Shown here in pieces: positions 7,710-16,522 of a stretch of DNA of 46,433 nt; position 1 is the stretch's first letter, and the number at the start of each line of letters is the position of its first letter. Source of the DNA: Planctomycetes bacterium UBA1146 (lineage in GTDB: Bacteria; Planctomycetota; UBA8108; UBA1146); NCBI GenBank assembly GCA_963854815.1, contig CAWLAN010000002.1:1-46433 (forward strand), in the 5' to 3' direction. The position numbers and the translations under genes were made by a program. Under the pieces are notes generated by a model, which worked only from the letters and a program-made list of their open reading frames with translations, did no database searches and was not told where the DNA came from.

Positions 7710-10358
7710 CTATCTATCGTTCCACAGCGCCGATCTGGCACTTTTTTGGAGCAACTCGAACCAGTCATCACGGGCGATTCTGCCCTCGATAACCACTTCC
7801 CGGATCACCACGGGAACCCCGAAGGTCTCGATCGCAACTCCCCCCAGAAGAACCACGGGACGCGCCTCAGCCTCGAGGACCATGGTTCCATCGACCTCCA
7901 GATACGCACCCTCTCCATCCTCACGCACCACCAACCGTGACGGTTTCCCGGGGACAACCCGTGGTCGGGGGGCGGGCATCGGAATCTCCCCGCCCCCTTC
8001 GGCGAGCAGTTTCTCCTCGATGATCATGTGGGCCGGAAGCAGCACATCCACCTCGCCGACACGAATCGAGGAGACCTTGGGGGGACGGATTCCGACCCCG
8101 AACAGCAACGATTCCGAACTCCCGTCCCACAGCACCATATTGAGATTGGGAGCGTCTTCGCGAGTCACCAACCCGACAACCCGAACCTCGAGGCTGGTTG
8201 AAAACCGCACGGGGGAATCGAGATGGACACGTCCCTGAACCCAGGCCAGGTCACCTCTGGCCGAGATCGAAGATCCGTCCGTGGGTTTCCAACCCGGTAG
8301 ACCCCGTTCATCGGCAAGCGATCGGATCTGTAGAGATCGAGTGGTCGGATCCCACTCGCTGAGGCCCGCCTCGCCAAAGAGACCAAGAGCGGCGGGACCA
8401 TCCCTGTCTGCCAATGCCGCCCACCACCTCAGAAGTCTCTTCTCGACCTGCGGACGCTGCTCTTTTTCCACCCAGCGGGCAATTTCGATGGCTCGCGACC
8501 TCTGGCGCTGCACGTCTCCTTGCTGTTCGGCCAGTTCACCATCGGTAAGCCAATGCTCGACTCGTTGCCAACAGAGGCGCCCGGCGGTCCCGAGCACCTC
8601 CTCGGCGCTCCTGGGATCGCGGGCGATCTCTAGAATCGACTCACTGCCACCCCAGATGGTCCGAACCCGGGCGCGAAAGCGAAAACTATCGGTAACTTCT
8701 CTGCCTGCCTCGATGGCCATTTGCTCGAGGGTGCTCCCGTGAACAGTATTCCAGGGATGAACCTCCGGATTTCGCCGCCCCACCCTGCGCAAGGAGATGG
8801 TGTTTTCATCGACCGCAGTGACCCGAGCCTCGAACGACCTTGCAATCGAAGGACCTGCGTCTTTGACACTCCAGAAAAACAACTCGTCCGCTTCGAGGCG
8901 GGCCTTCGCTGCATCGAGGATGGCTCGGACGTCTTGCTGGGCGAGCTGGCAACTGTGCCCGAAGGATTGCCAACGTCGCTGCAGTAGTGGAAAGGAATCG
9001 AGACCCTCTGGAACTGCTACTGAATCGAATCCAAGTGACGGGAGCGCCAGCAAGCCCTGCTCCATGTGCCGTTCCATCGTCTCCAGCGTGCTGCGATAGA
9101 GTTGCGCCCGCCTCTGTAGTCGCTGGACTTCGGGCGAAAAGCGCTGCTCCAATCCGAGATCCTGAGCCAGTTCCTCCAGGATGTCGGCTGCAAGATCGTA
9201 GTCACCGAGGTCGATAGAGGACTTCATCCGGGCTCTCACCTGGGCCACGGCACGCTGCTCGATCCACAGCCAGGCCTGCAACAGCGATTCCTTTTCCGCG
9301 GTCATCGATCCGTATTCATCGCTATCCTCGATCACGGGCGGAAGACCTGCCAGCAGGCGACGGCCGGCGGCAAGTTCTCCGGCTTCCAGCAGATTCAGGA
9401 TCTGATCACGCCGCGGCCACCACGTCTCCCAGGTGGAGAACTGCCGCTGCAAAAGATCCTGTTGCTCGATTCGTGTCTCTGCGATTTCATCACCTTGTCG
9501 AGAATCTCCGGTCGCAGATTGATCCGGATCAGCACCTGGGTCACTTTCATCGACCAAACCCCTTGATTTCGGATCACCTTCTTCATCGTCCGACGAGGAA
9601 ACGGTTACCGGTTGCAACCCCTCATCAACAGGGTCCTGTTTGACATCTCGCCACCAGCGAGGCGCGAGGAAACCGACAGCAACGATCAGTACAACCCCGA
9701 CCAGCAATGCGATTCTCGAACGAACTCGTGTCGGCGCGAGTTGATGGCGATCGATGACCCCACGGGCCTTGCGGAATCCGTCGACTTCATTGCGAACAAC
9801 TCGCGCGACCTCGGGCCAGGGCGCTCCCAACCTGAATATCGCCGCCATTTGTTCGATGGTGATGGCAGCGCGATGACGGATTTCTTTCTCGGAGCCTTGC
9901 TCCTCGACCGCTCCCATCTCCGCAACCAGGAATCCACCCGACGGAAGCCTTCTGAGCGCACTTGCGGGAATGGGGCCGGCAACGATCTCGAGGGCATGGA
10001 GTTGTTGGTAGAGATCGAGCATCGAGCAGCCGAGTTGGAGTTTGTCCTGCGGATCCTGAAGAGGACCGCTCACCGGCACCGCCTCACCCTCATCGAGGGC
10101 GACATAACGGGCGGCACCGACCGCGCCCTCATCGATGACTCGAAGGGCACCCTCGCCATCGAGTCGAACCAGCGCCTGGACCTCCCGCACGAACTCCCGC
10201 TGGAGGCCTTGCTCTGCCGCCGGAAGCACCTTCAGCAATACGCGCCGATCGAGACGCACCTGGCGCGCCTCGATCCAGATCCCCAGGCGCCCGGCTCCGC
10301 GGATGTGCAGCGGCTGAAAGCCCGGAATTTCAGGAGCCTGGTGACCAGTCGCTCCCAT
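7710..10358 (-). CDS. Single-pass membrane protein (882 aa) with an N-terminal degenerate Ser/Thr-kinase-like (pseudokinase) domain and a large extracytoplasmic region of about 640 aa
   Basis: ATG at 10356-10358 has AAGGAGG (10365-10371) 6 nt upstream and directly abuts the uvrB stop. The N-terminus shows a Gly-loop-like RGAGRLG, a VAIK-like VLLKVL and an alphaC-like EFVREVQAL. The HRD position reads AGPIPASAL and the DFG position reads AEMG. The TM helix is IALLVGVVLIVAVGFLAP. Confidence 0.65.
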   Translation of the reverse strand: MGATGHQAPEIPGFQPLHIRGAGRLGIWIEARQVRLDRRVLLKVLPAAEQGLQREFVREVQALVRLDGEGALRVIDEGAVGAARYVALDEGEAVPVSGPLQDPQDKLQLGCSMLDLYQQLHALEIVAGPIPASALRRLPSGGFLVAEMGAVEEQGSEKEIRHRAAITIEQMAAIFRLGAPWPEVARVVRNEVDGFRKARGVIDRHQLAPTRVRSRIALLVGVVLIVAVGFLAPRWWRDVKQDPVDEGLQPVTVSSSDDEEGDPKSRGLVDESDPGADPDQSATGDSRQGDEIAETRIEQQDLLQRQFSTWETWWPRRDQILNLLEAGELAAGRRLLAGLPPVIEDSDEYGSMTAEKESLLQAWLWIEQRAVAQVRARMKSSIDLGDYDLAADILEELAQDLGLEQRFSPEVQRLQRRAQLYRSTLETMERHMEQGLLALPSLGFDSVAVPEGLDSFPLLQRRWQSFGHSCQLAQQDVRAILDAAKARLEADELFFWSVKDAGPSIARSFEARVTAVDENTISLRRVGRRNPEVHPWNTVHGSTLEQMAIEAGREVTDSFRFRARVRTIWGGSESILEIARDPRSAEEVLGTAGRLCWQRVEHWLTDGELAEQQGDVQRQRSRAIEIARWVEKEQRPQVEKRLLRWWAALADRDGPAALGLFGEAGLSEWDPTTRSLQIRSLADERGLPGWKPTDGSSISARGDLAWVQGRVHLDSPVRFSTSLEVRVVGLVTREDAPNLNMVLWDGSSESLLFGVGIRPPKVSSIRVGEVDVLLPAHMIIEEKLLAEGGGEIPMPAPRPRVVPGKPSRLVVREDGEGAYLEVDGTMVLEAEARPVVLLGGVAIETFGVPVVIREVVIEGRIARDDWFELLQKSARSALWNDR

Positions 10359-12434
10359 TCAGTGCCTCCTTCTGCGCCTCCTCGGTGGAGACGACGGAGT
10401 ATCCGGATCCGGTTGCTCGCCTCGTAATCTTGCGATTCGATCACGCAACAGCGCCGCCCGCTCGAATTCGAGCGCCTGGGCTGCCTCGAGCATCTCCTTC
10501 TCCAGAGAAATTGCGAGTTTCTCTCGATCGACGGTCTGAACCTCGGTCGCTCCTTGCTCGATCTCCTCGACCCTGGCGCGTACCTCTTCCTCGACGGTGG
10601 TCCCCACCACCCGCGGAATACTCCTCGGAACGATTCCGTGCTTCTTGTTGTAGTCCTGCTGGATCTCGCGGCGACGACTGGTCTCTTCGATGGCCCTTTC
10701 CATCGATCCGGTGATCACATCTCCATACAGGATTACCCGTGCTCGTTCATTTCTCGCTGCACGACCCATCGTCTGGATCAGCGCTGTATCGCTGCGAAGA
10801 AATCCTTCCTTGTCAGCATCCATCACCGCAACCAGGGAGACCTCGGGAAGATCGAGGCCCTCTCGCAGCAGGTTTACTCCGACAAGCACATCATATACCC
10901 CCTTACGTAACTCCTGGATAATTTCCACTCGATCCAGGGTGTCGATCTCTGAATGCAGGTATCGAGCACGGATTTCAGTCTCCTGGAAGTAATCGCTCAG
11001 ATCTTCGGCCATCCTCTTGGTCAAGGTGGTGACCAGCACTCGATCCCCCAGCGCCAACGTCTCACGGATCCTGTCGAGTAAATCCTGCACCTGGCCAGTG
11101 GCTGGACGTACCTCCACGAGAGGATCGAGCAAGCCTGTGGGACGGTTGATGACCTCGATCACCTCTCCACCTGTCTTCTCCAGTTCCTTGGCACCGGGAG
11201 TCGCACTGACGAACAGAGTCTTGCCGGTCACCTGCTCCCATTCGGCAAATTTCATCGGTCGATTGTCGAGAGCACTCGGCAAGCGGAAGCCGTAATCGAT
11301 CAGGGTTTGCTTGCGGGAGCGATCCCCCTCATACATCCCTCCCAGTTGCGGCAGCGTGACGTGCGATTCATCGACGATGGTGAGAAATCCATCGGGAAAG
11401 TAATCGAGCAAATTCGGCGGCCTCTGACCGGCTGCCAGCCCGCTGAGGTGGCGCGAATAATTTTCGATCCCGGGGCAATATCCCACCTCCGATAGCAATT
11501 CCAGATCGTAGCGAGTGCGCGACTGGAGCCTGTGCGCCTCCAGTTCCTTGCCCTGGCCTCTCAACTCTGCCAGTCGCTGGTGGAGTTCGGTCTGGATGCC
11601 GGCGACTGCCTGATCGATGTCCTGACGACTGACCAGATAATGCTTCGCAGGAAAAACGGTGAGCTGGTCGTGTTGCCGGATCACCACCCCACTGACCGGA
11701 TGAAACTGTTCGATCCTCTCGATGTTATCTCCGAACAGATCGATGCGGTAAGCCACCTCTTCGTCCGCTGAATGAATCTCGACCACATCTCCGCGGGCTC
11801 GAAAAGAACCACGAGTCGGCTCGAAGTCGTTCCTCTCGTACTGGATGTCGACCAGTTTCTTGAGCAATTCATCCCGATCAACCTGTTCACCCTCGACAAG
11901 GGTGATCATCTTTCCCTTGAAGGCTTCCGGGGAACCGAGGCCGTAGATGCAGGAGACCGACGCTACAATCACCACATCTTCTCGGGTGAGCAGGCTCGCC
12001 GTCGTCGCCAACCTGAGCCGATCGAGGTCGGCGTTGACACCGGCATCCTTTTCTATGTACATATCGCGCGCGGGAAGATAAGCCTCTGGCTGGTAATAAT
12101 CGTAGTACGAGACGAAGTACTCGACTGCATTCTCGGGTAAGAACCGTTTCAACTCCGAGTAAAGTTGAGCTGCCAGCGTCTTGTTATGTGAGATGACGAT
12201 GGCTGGTTTTCCGTAACTGGCGATGGCCTGGGCCATTATGTAGGTCTTTCCGGAGCCGGTCACGCCGAGCAGAACCTGATCCTCTTTTTCCTGCCTCAAG
12301 CCTGTAACGATGCGCTCGATGGCCTGGGGTTGATCACCACTGGGTTCGAACTCGGAACGAACCTCGAAGGATGAACCTGGAAAGCGAAAGGACTTCAACG
12401 GTTCCTCATCTCTTCCGTCGAACCGACGTCCCAT
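10359..12434 (-). CDS. uvrB: Excinuclease ABC subunit B
   Basis: 691 aa. Motifs include PSGDQPQAI, Walker A GVTGSGKT, YFVSYYDYYQPEAY, helicase motifs, and a C-terminal UVR domain (ALEFERAALLRDRIARL). The unusual PPRRRRRRH tail encodes the SD of the next gene. Confidence 0.97.
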   Translation of the reverse strand: MGRRFDGRDEEPLKSFRFPGSSFEVRSEFEPSGDQPQAIERIVTGLRQEKEDQVLLGVTGSGKTYIMAQAIASYGKPAIVISHNKTLAAQLYSELKRFLPENAVEYFVSYYDYYQPEAYLPARDMYIEKDAGVNADLDRLRLATTASLLTREDVVIVASVSCIYGLGSPEAFKGKMITLVEGEQVDRDELLKKLVDIQYERNDFEPTRGSFRARGDVVEIHSADEEVAYRIDLFGDNIERIEQFHPVSGVVIRQHDQLTVFPAKHYLVSRQDIDQAVAGIQTELHQRLAELRGQGKELEAHRLQSRTRYDLELLSEVGYCPGIENYSRHLSGLAAGQRPPNLLDYFPDGFLTIVDESHVTLPQLGGMYEGDRSRKQTLIDYGFRLPSALDNRPMKFAEWEQVTGKTLFVSATPGAKELEKTGGEVIEVINRPTGLLDPLVEVRPATGQVQDLLDRIRETLALGDRVLVTTLTKRMAEDLSDYFQETEIRARYLHSEIDTLDRVEIIQELRKGVYDVLVGVNLLREGLDLPEVSLVAVMDADKEGFLRSDTALIQTMGRAARNERARVILYGDVITGSMERAIEETSRRREIQQDYNKKHGIVPRSIPRVVGTTVEEEVRARVEEIEQGATEVQTVDREKLAISLEKEMLEAAQALEFERAALLRDRIARLRGEQPDPDTPSSPPRRRRRRH

Positions 12435-12825
12435 CCGGCAACCGGGAGCGACACGATCCGGGCAAGCAAGGCCGCGGTTTCAGCCACGGGCCCGCCTCCA
12501 GCAGTGGACCATCGGGAACTCCCGGTAATCGCAGGATCTGACAGAGGCACGAAAAACCCTCGTCACCTTGCCTACCGGCAACGATTCGACCTGCGGTAAC
12601 TTCTCCGATTCCCGTGATGAGAACCAAACGACCGACAGGATCCCGACACAGGTCTACCTGCTCGGCGATGGCAGCCGGCGGTAGATCTGCCCCCAACACT
12701 ATGGGAGCCGGCTGTGAAGCATCTCGAATGCCTGTGGTCAGAGACGCCCATACCAGCAATAGACCCCATGCCAGCAGATGACCGTACGACTCGACCAAGG
12801 TGATGGTCCCGGTCCAAGATCCCAT
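12406..12825 (-). CDS. ComEA-like helix-hairpin-helix DNA-binding protein (139 aa)
   Basis: ATG at 12823-12825 abuts the upstream gene's TAG. It has an N-terminal hydrophobic anchor. The segment DLCRDPVGRLVLITGIGEVTAGRIVAGRQGDEGF....LRLPGV resembles the ComEA tandem HhH pattern (lN.A...eL..lpGIG...A..Iv.yR...G.F). The 3' end overlaps the uvrB start by 29 nt. Confidence 0.5.
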   Translation of the reverse strand: MGSWTGTITLVESYGHLLAWGLLLVWASLTTGIRDASQPAPIVLGADLPPAAIAEQVDLCRDPVGRLVLITGIGEVTAGRIVAGRQGDEGFSCLCQILRLPGVPDGPLLEAGPWLKPRPCLPGSCRSRLPDGTSVRRKR

Positions 12826-13350
12826 CTATCGCACCTGTAAGCCAGGTCGACCCTTGTAGCCAGACACCTTCGTCCCTGGCTCGATACCATGAGCAGAAAA
12901 CCACCCCACATTGGTCTCCAGAACATACCGAACCGGTTTCGAAGAACGGTAGCGAGGTAGGATCACCTGTCCCGGGGTCGGTGCTTTCATGTGGAGGATG
13001 TCGATGATGACTCCCGCGTCATCGATGTATGCGATGTCGAGATCGATGAGGCAGTTCTTCATCCAGAAGCCCTGCACCTTGGGCTCAGAAAAGATGAACA
13101 ACATTCCTATATCCTCGGGCAGGGAACTGCGGTGCATCAGACCTCTCTGACGACTGGCAGAATCGGCAGCGATGTAAGTCCAGAGCTTGTTTCCCGAGAT
13201 CACCACCTCATGCATCCCTGGTCGCAGCGTGTTGGGTGATGGCGTTGGCCCGTTACACCCGGGACCAACGGTGACCACAAACAGTAGCACCAGAGGAAGC
13301 AATGCCAGCGAGATGGGCGCAGATCTGAATAGCGGTGCTGTGGTGTTCAT
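12826..13350 (-). CDS. DUF192 family protein (174 aa), secreted or lipoprotein
   Basis: The signal or lipobox-like N-terminus is LLFVVTVGPGC. The DUF192 pattern is present: RQRGLMHRSSLPEDIGMLFIF, FWMKNCLIDLDIAYID and YVLETNVGW. The ATG overlaps the upstream stop (ATGA at 13347-13350). Confidence 0.8.
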   Translation of the reverse strand: MNTTAPLFRSAPISLALLPLVLLFVVTVGPGCNGPTPSPNTLRPGMHEVVISGNKLWTYIAADSASRQRGLMHRSSLPEDIGMLFIFSEPKVQGFWMKNCLIDLDIAYIDDAGVIIDILHMKAPTPGQVILPRYRSSKPVRYVLETNVGWFSAHGIEPGTKVSGYKGRPGLQVR

Positions 13351-13940
13351 TGGCTCGACTCCCCGTCCGCTGATCTCGATGCGGTTCCTTGTTTCCTGTG
13401 GTCACGGTACTGCTGCACCAATCGTAGCGTCACCGGATACGCAGGTAGAGCACAGAGCAACCCCACGACGGCTCCTCCCAGAAACAGCGGCCCCAGAACA
13501 TCATTCCCGATGGAACGCAACAACTCCAGGGTCCCCTCGTACCATCCCACTTCGCTTGCCTTGCCCTGGGCCTCGAGCCAGCGCTGCTCGAAATTACTGC
13601 GAGTCAGCCCCTGCTGGGCGAGACACTTCAACCCGACCCAGTAGTCGAGCCAGTAGATCGGTATCATCGTCAGCGGATTCGACACGTAAACCATGATGAA
13701 ACCTGCGAGCCGGTTGGCAGGGATCACCAGACTGATGATGAGGATGATGATCATCTGCAGCCCCACGGTAGGGGTCATCGCCACGAATAGACCGATCGCG
13801 GTCCCGAGCGCGATGGAGTGGGAACTGCCCTCGAGTTGCAGGATGCGGCGCCACATCGAGGGTTTCCACGCTGAGCGGTCACCGGATGGTGAATTTTCTT
13901 GTCGGCTCGAATCGTCCAGTCTGGACTGCTGCTCGTTCAC
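13347..13940 (-). CDS. DUF2062 family membrane protein
   Basis: The HSIALGTAIGLFVAMTPTVGLQMIIILII pattern and multiple TM segments fit the family. The track start is GTG at 13938-13940, overlapping the nadC stop (GTGA). An alternative ATG at 13854-13856 (MWRRILQ) is also possible. Confidence 0.75.
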   Translation of the reverse strand: MNEQQSRLDDSSRQENSPSGDRSAWKPSMWRRILQLEGSSHSIALGTAIGLFVAMTPTVGLQMIIILIISLVIPANRLAGFIMVYVSNPLTMIPIYWLDYWVGLKCLAQQGLTRSNFEQRWLEAQGKASEVGWYEGTLELLRSIGNDVLGPLFLGGAVVGLLCALPAYPVTLRLVQQYRDHRKQGTASRSADGESSQ

Positions 13941-14878
13941 TCGATCCCTCCCCCGGAGATGGACATGGTGAGATCGAGAACCGGTGCCGAATGGGTGATG
14001 ACCCCGCTCGAGATTCGCCCGGCTCCCGCTGCGGCGTAGGCGGCTGCGGAAGTCTCATCGATGCCACCACTGGCCTCGATCTGGTCATTTCGCAGCGGCA
14101 GATCGTCACTCCTTGCCCGGGCGATCCACTGCTCGAGAATCTCGGGTGAGATGTTGTCGACCAGGATGATCTCTATCTCGAGCCCAAGACAACAGCGAAA
14201 ACTCTCCTCATCCTCGACTTCGATGGCGATCGGTCCCTTCACTCCCCCGGCACGAAGGGTGTCGCGGATGAAGGTCAACTCGGCTTGCGTATCGCCGACC
14301 AGTTCTGGATGGAGACTCTGGATCAAATCCCTGTGATTCTCCTTGACCAGCGGAAATTCGGCCAGATCGGCTCGATGACTGACCCCGCCTCCGGCACGTA
14401 CCGCCTGTTTCTGAAAGATGCGAATCCCCGGGATGTTCTTTCGGGTATCGAGGATGGTCGCTGTCGGCGCACACTCGACCAATCGTGCGGTGCGCGTCGC
14501 AATTCCACAAAGGTGAGATCCGATGTTCAGGGCGATCCGCTCGCCGGCCAGTAGAACTGCAGCAGACCCCTCGACCGTCATGATCTCGGTGCCTGAGTCG
14601 ACACGGGTCCCGTCGAAAACTCGACATCCTGTTCGACAATCAGCTGCAAGACGTTCGAAAACCGCGCTCATCGCGGCGGTTCCACAGACGATGCCTTGTT
14701 CTCTTGTCGAGACAACTCCACGGCAAAGTTGGTCGGGGGCGCTCGAGAACAGCAACGAGGTCCGATCCCCATCGGTTCGATCCTCCTCGAGAGCGGCATC
14801 GATCCAGTCGCAAAGCTGCTGCTGGACGTCATCGCGCTGCCAGAAAAGGTCCAGATCGCCGGTCCCTTGCTGTTGCAT
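13937..14878 (-). CDS. nadC: Nicotinate-nucleotide pyrophosphorylase (carboxylating)
   Basis: Motifs are ALEEDRTDGDRT, LLAGERIALNIGSHLCGIAT, ILDTRKNIPGIR and QKQAVRAGGGVSHR. I chose the ATG at 14876-14878 (MQQQG) because GGAGG lies 6 nt upstream. The track start at 14902 is a GTG. Confidence 0.93.
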   Translation of the reverse strand: MQQQGTGDLDLFWQRDDVQQQLCDWIDAALEEDRTDGDRTSLLFSSAPDQLCRGVVSTREQGIVCGTAAMSAVFERLAADCRTGCRVFDGTRVDSGTEIMTVEGSAAVLLAGERIALNIGSHLCGIATRTARLVECAPTATILDTRKNIPGIRIFQKQAVRAGGGVSHRADLAEFPLVKENHRDLIQSLHPELVGDTQAELTFIRDTLRAGGVKGPIAIEVEDEESFRCCLGLEIEIILVDNISPEILEQWIARARSDDLPLRNDQIEASGGIDETSAAAYAAAGAGRISSGVITHSAPVLDLTMSISGGGIE

Positions 14879-15085
14879 CGGGCTCCCTCCTGATTTCGCC
14901 ACACACCGACAGAAGTGGAACCGAATCGGAGCCCAGCGACAAGGTGACGTCTGCTCCTCGGCGGCGAGAATCTGGTAATTTCGGCTCGAGTTCAGCGGCT
15001 ATCTGGCTTCATACAGATCGGATGCGTACCATCACAGGCCACCGGACCGTGGGTCCGGGGCTGGCTCCAGCATGCGGAGCAGGAG

Positions 15086-16522
15086 ATGAAGATCCCGGAG
15101 GTCTGGATCGACATGATCCGAGTCGAAGATCCCACTGATCAGGCCGTGGTTGCCAAATTTTACCAGGCGGACCAGCAGCAACTGTTCGGCGATTGGGAAC
15201 AACTCGAATCGCCTCAGCGGCACACCTTGCTGGAAGATTTACGCCGGATCGACCTCGGCTTCCTCCAGCAATTGATCCGCGATCATCTCGACTCCGATGC
15301 AACACAGGCTCCGATGGTTGCCCCCGATCCTCCGCGCTGGATCGCGCTGGGGGATCCGATTCGATCAGGCGTCCATCAACAGGGGCTCGAGGCGCTCGGG
15401 CGTGGCGAAGTCGCGGTGCTGCTGGTGGCCGGAGGAGTGGGGACCCGACTCGGTCATCCAGGACCAAAAGGTGCCTATCCGTTATTGCCCACCAGTGGAA
15501 CGACGCTGTTCCAGATGTTCGCCGAATCGATTCGTCGATTGCAAAAACAAGTCGGCAAGAACATCCACTGGTTGATCATGAGCAGCCCCTCGAACCACGA
15601 ACAGACGGTAGAGTACTTCCGCCACAACTCCTTCCACGGGCTACCTCCCTCGGAGGTCTCGATCCTCTCTCAGCACCAGTTGCCGGTACTCGATCCACAC
15701 CGAGGCAAGATCTTGCGCAGTGAACCAGGTCGTATCCTGTTTGGTCCCGATGGCCACGGAGGAGCGATTCGATTGCTGCAGCGGGAATCGACGCGATTGC
15801 GCGAAAAGGGAATCCGCCACATCTATAGCCATCAGGTCGACAATCCGCTGGCCTGGATCGCCGATCCGGAACTGGTCGGACTGCATCTGGCCAAATCTTC
15901 CCAGTTCACCTCGAAGGCAGTCGCAAAGACCGATCCCGAGGAAAAGGTAGGCGTCTTCTGCCAGGTCGGTGATCGAATGCGTGTGATCGAATACAGCGAA
16001 CTGGCCGAGGCGGACCGCAATGCGCGCGACGAGAGCGGGGAACTGTCATTTCGAGCCGGCAACATCGCGACCCATGTCATCGATCTCGATTTCATCGCTC
16101 CTGCCGAGCAGAAAACTGCACTGCAGTTGCCCTTCCATCAGGCCAGAAAATCGGTTCGTCACTGGAGCGATGGGCAGTGGCAACAGTCGGAAAACCCCAA
16201 CTCTGTTCGTTTCGAGACCTTCATCTTCGACGTTCTGCCCCTGTGCGAGAGGTCACTGGTGGTGGAGGCGGACCGGGAACTGGAATTCGCTCCGGTCAAG
16301 AATGGCACCGGAGTCGATTCACCTGACACTTCCCGGGCCGCGTTGCAAAGACTGTGGTCTCGATGGCTCATCGAAGCAGGGGTCGAACTGACTCTCAACG
16401 AAGATGGAATCCCCGATCGAGTGGTGGAAATCTCTCCGCTGGTCGCCGGCAACGCCGCGGAACTGAAACGATATCTGGTGGATGTCGAACTTCCGTCAGA
16501 AGGGCCGATCCTGCTCAGATGA
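15086..16522 (+). CDS. UDPGP-family nucleotidyltransferase (UDP-N-acetylhexosamine / UTP-sugar-1-phosphate uridylyltransferase, UAP1-like)
   Basis: 478 aa. Motifs VAVLLVAGGVGTRLGHPGPKGAYPL and YSHQVDNPLAWIADPELVGLHL....KAVAKTDPEEKVGVF match the eukaryote-type UDPGP family signature. Confidence 0.85.
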   Translation: MKIPEVWIDMIRVEDPTDQAVVAKFYQADQQQLFGDWEQLESPQRHTLLEDLRRIDLGFLQQLIRDHLDSDATQAPMVAPDPPRWIALGDPIRSGVHQQGLEALGRGEVAVLLVAGGVGTRLGHPGPKGAYPLLPTSGTTLFQMFAESIRRLQKQVGKNIHWLIMSSPSNHEQTVEYFRHNSFHGLPPSEVSILSQHQLPVLDPHRGKILRSEPGRILFGPDGHGGAIRLLQRESTRLREKGIRHIYSHQVDNPLAWIADPELVGLHLAKSSQFTSKAVAKTDPEEKVGVFCQVGDRMRVIEYSELAEADRNARDESGELSFRAGNIATHVIDLDFIAPAEQKTALQLPFHQARKSVRHWSDGQWQQSENPNSVRFETFIFDVLPLCERSLVVEADRELEFAPVKNGTGVDSPDTSRAALQRLWSRWLIEAGVELTLNEDGIPDRVVEISPLVAGNAAELKRYLVDVELPSEGPILLR

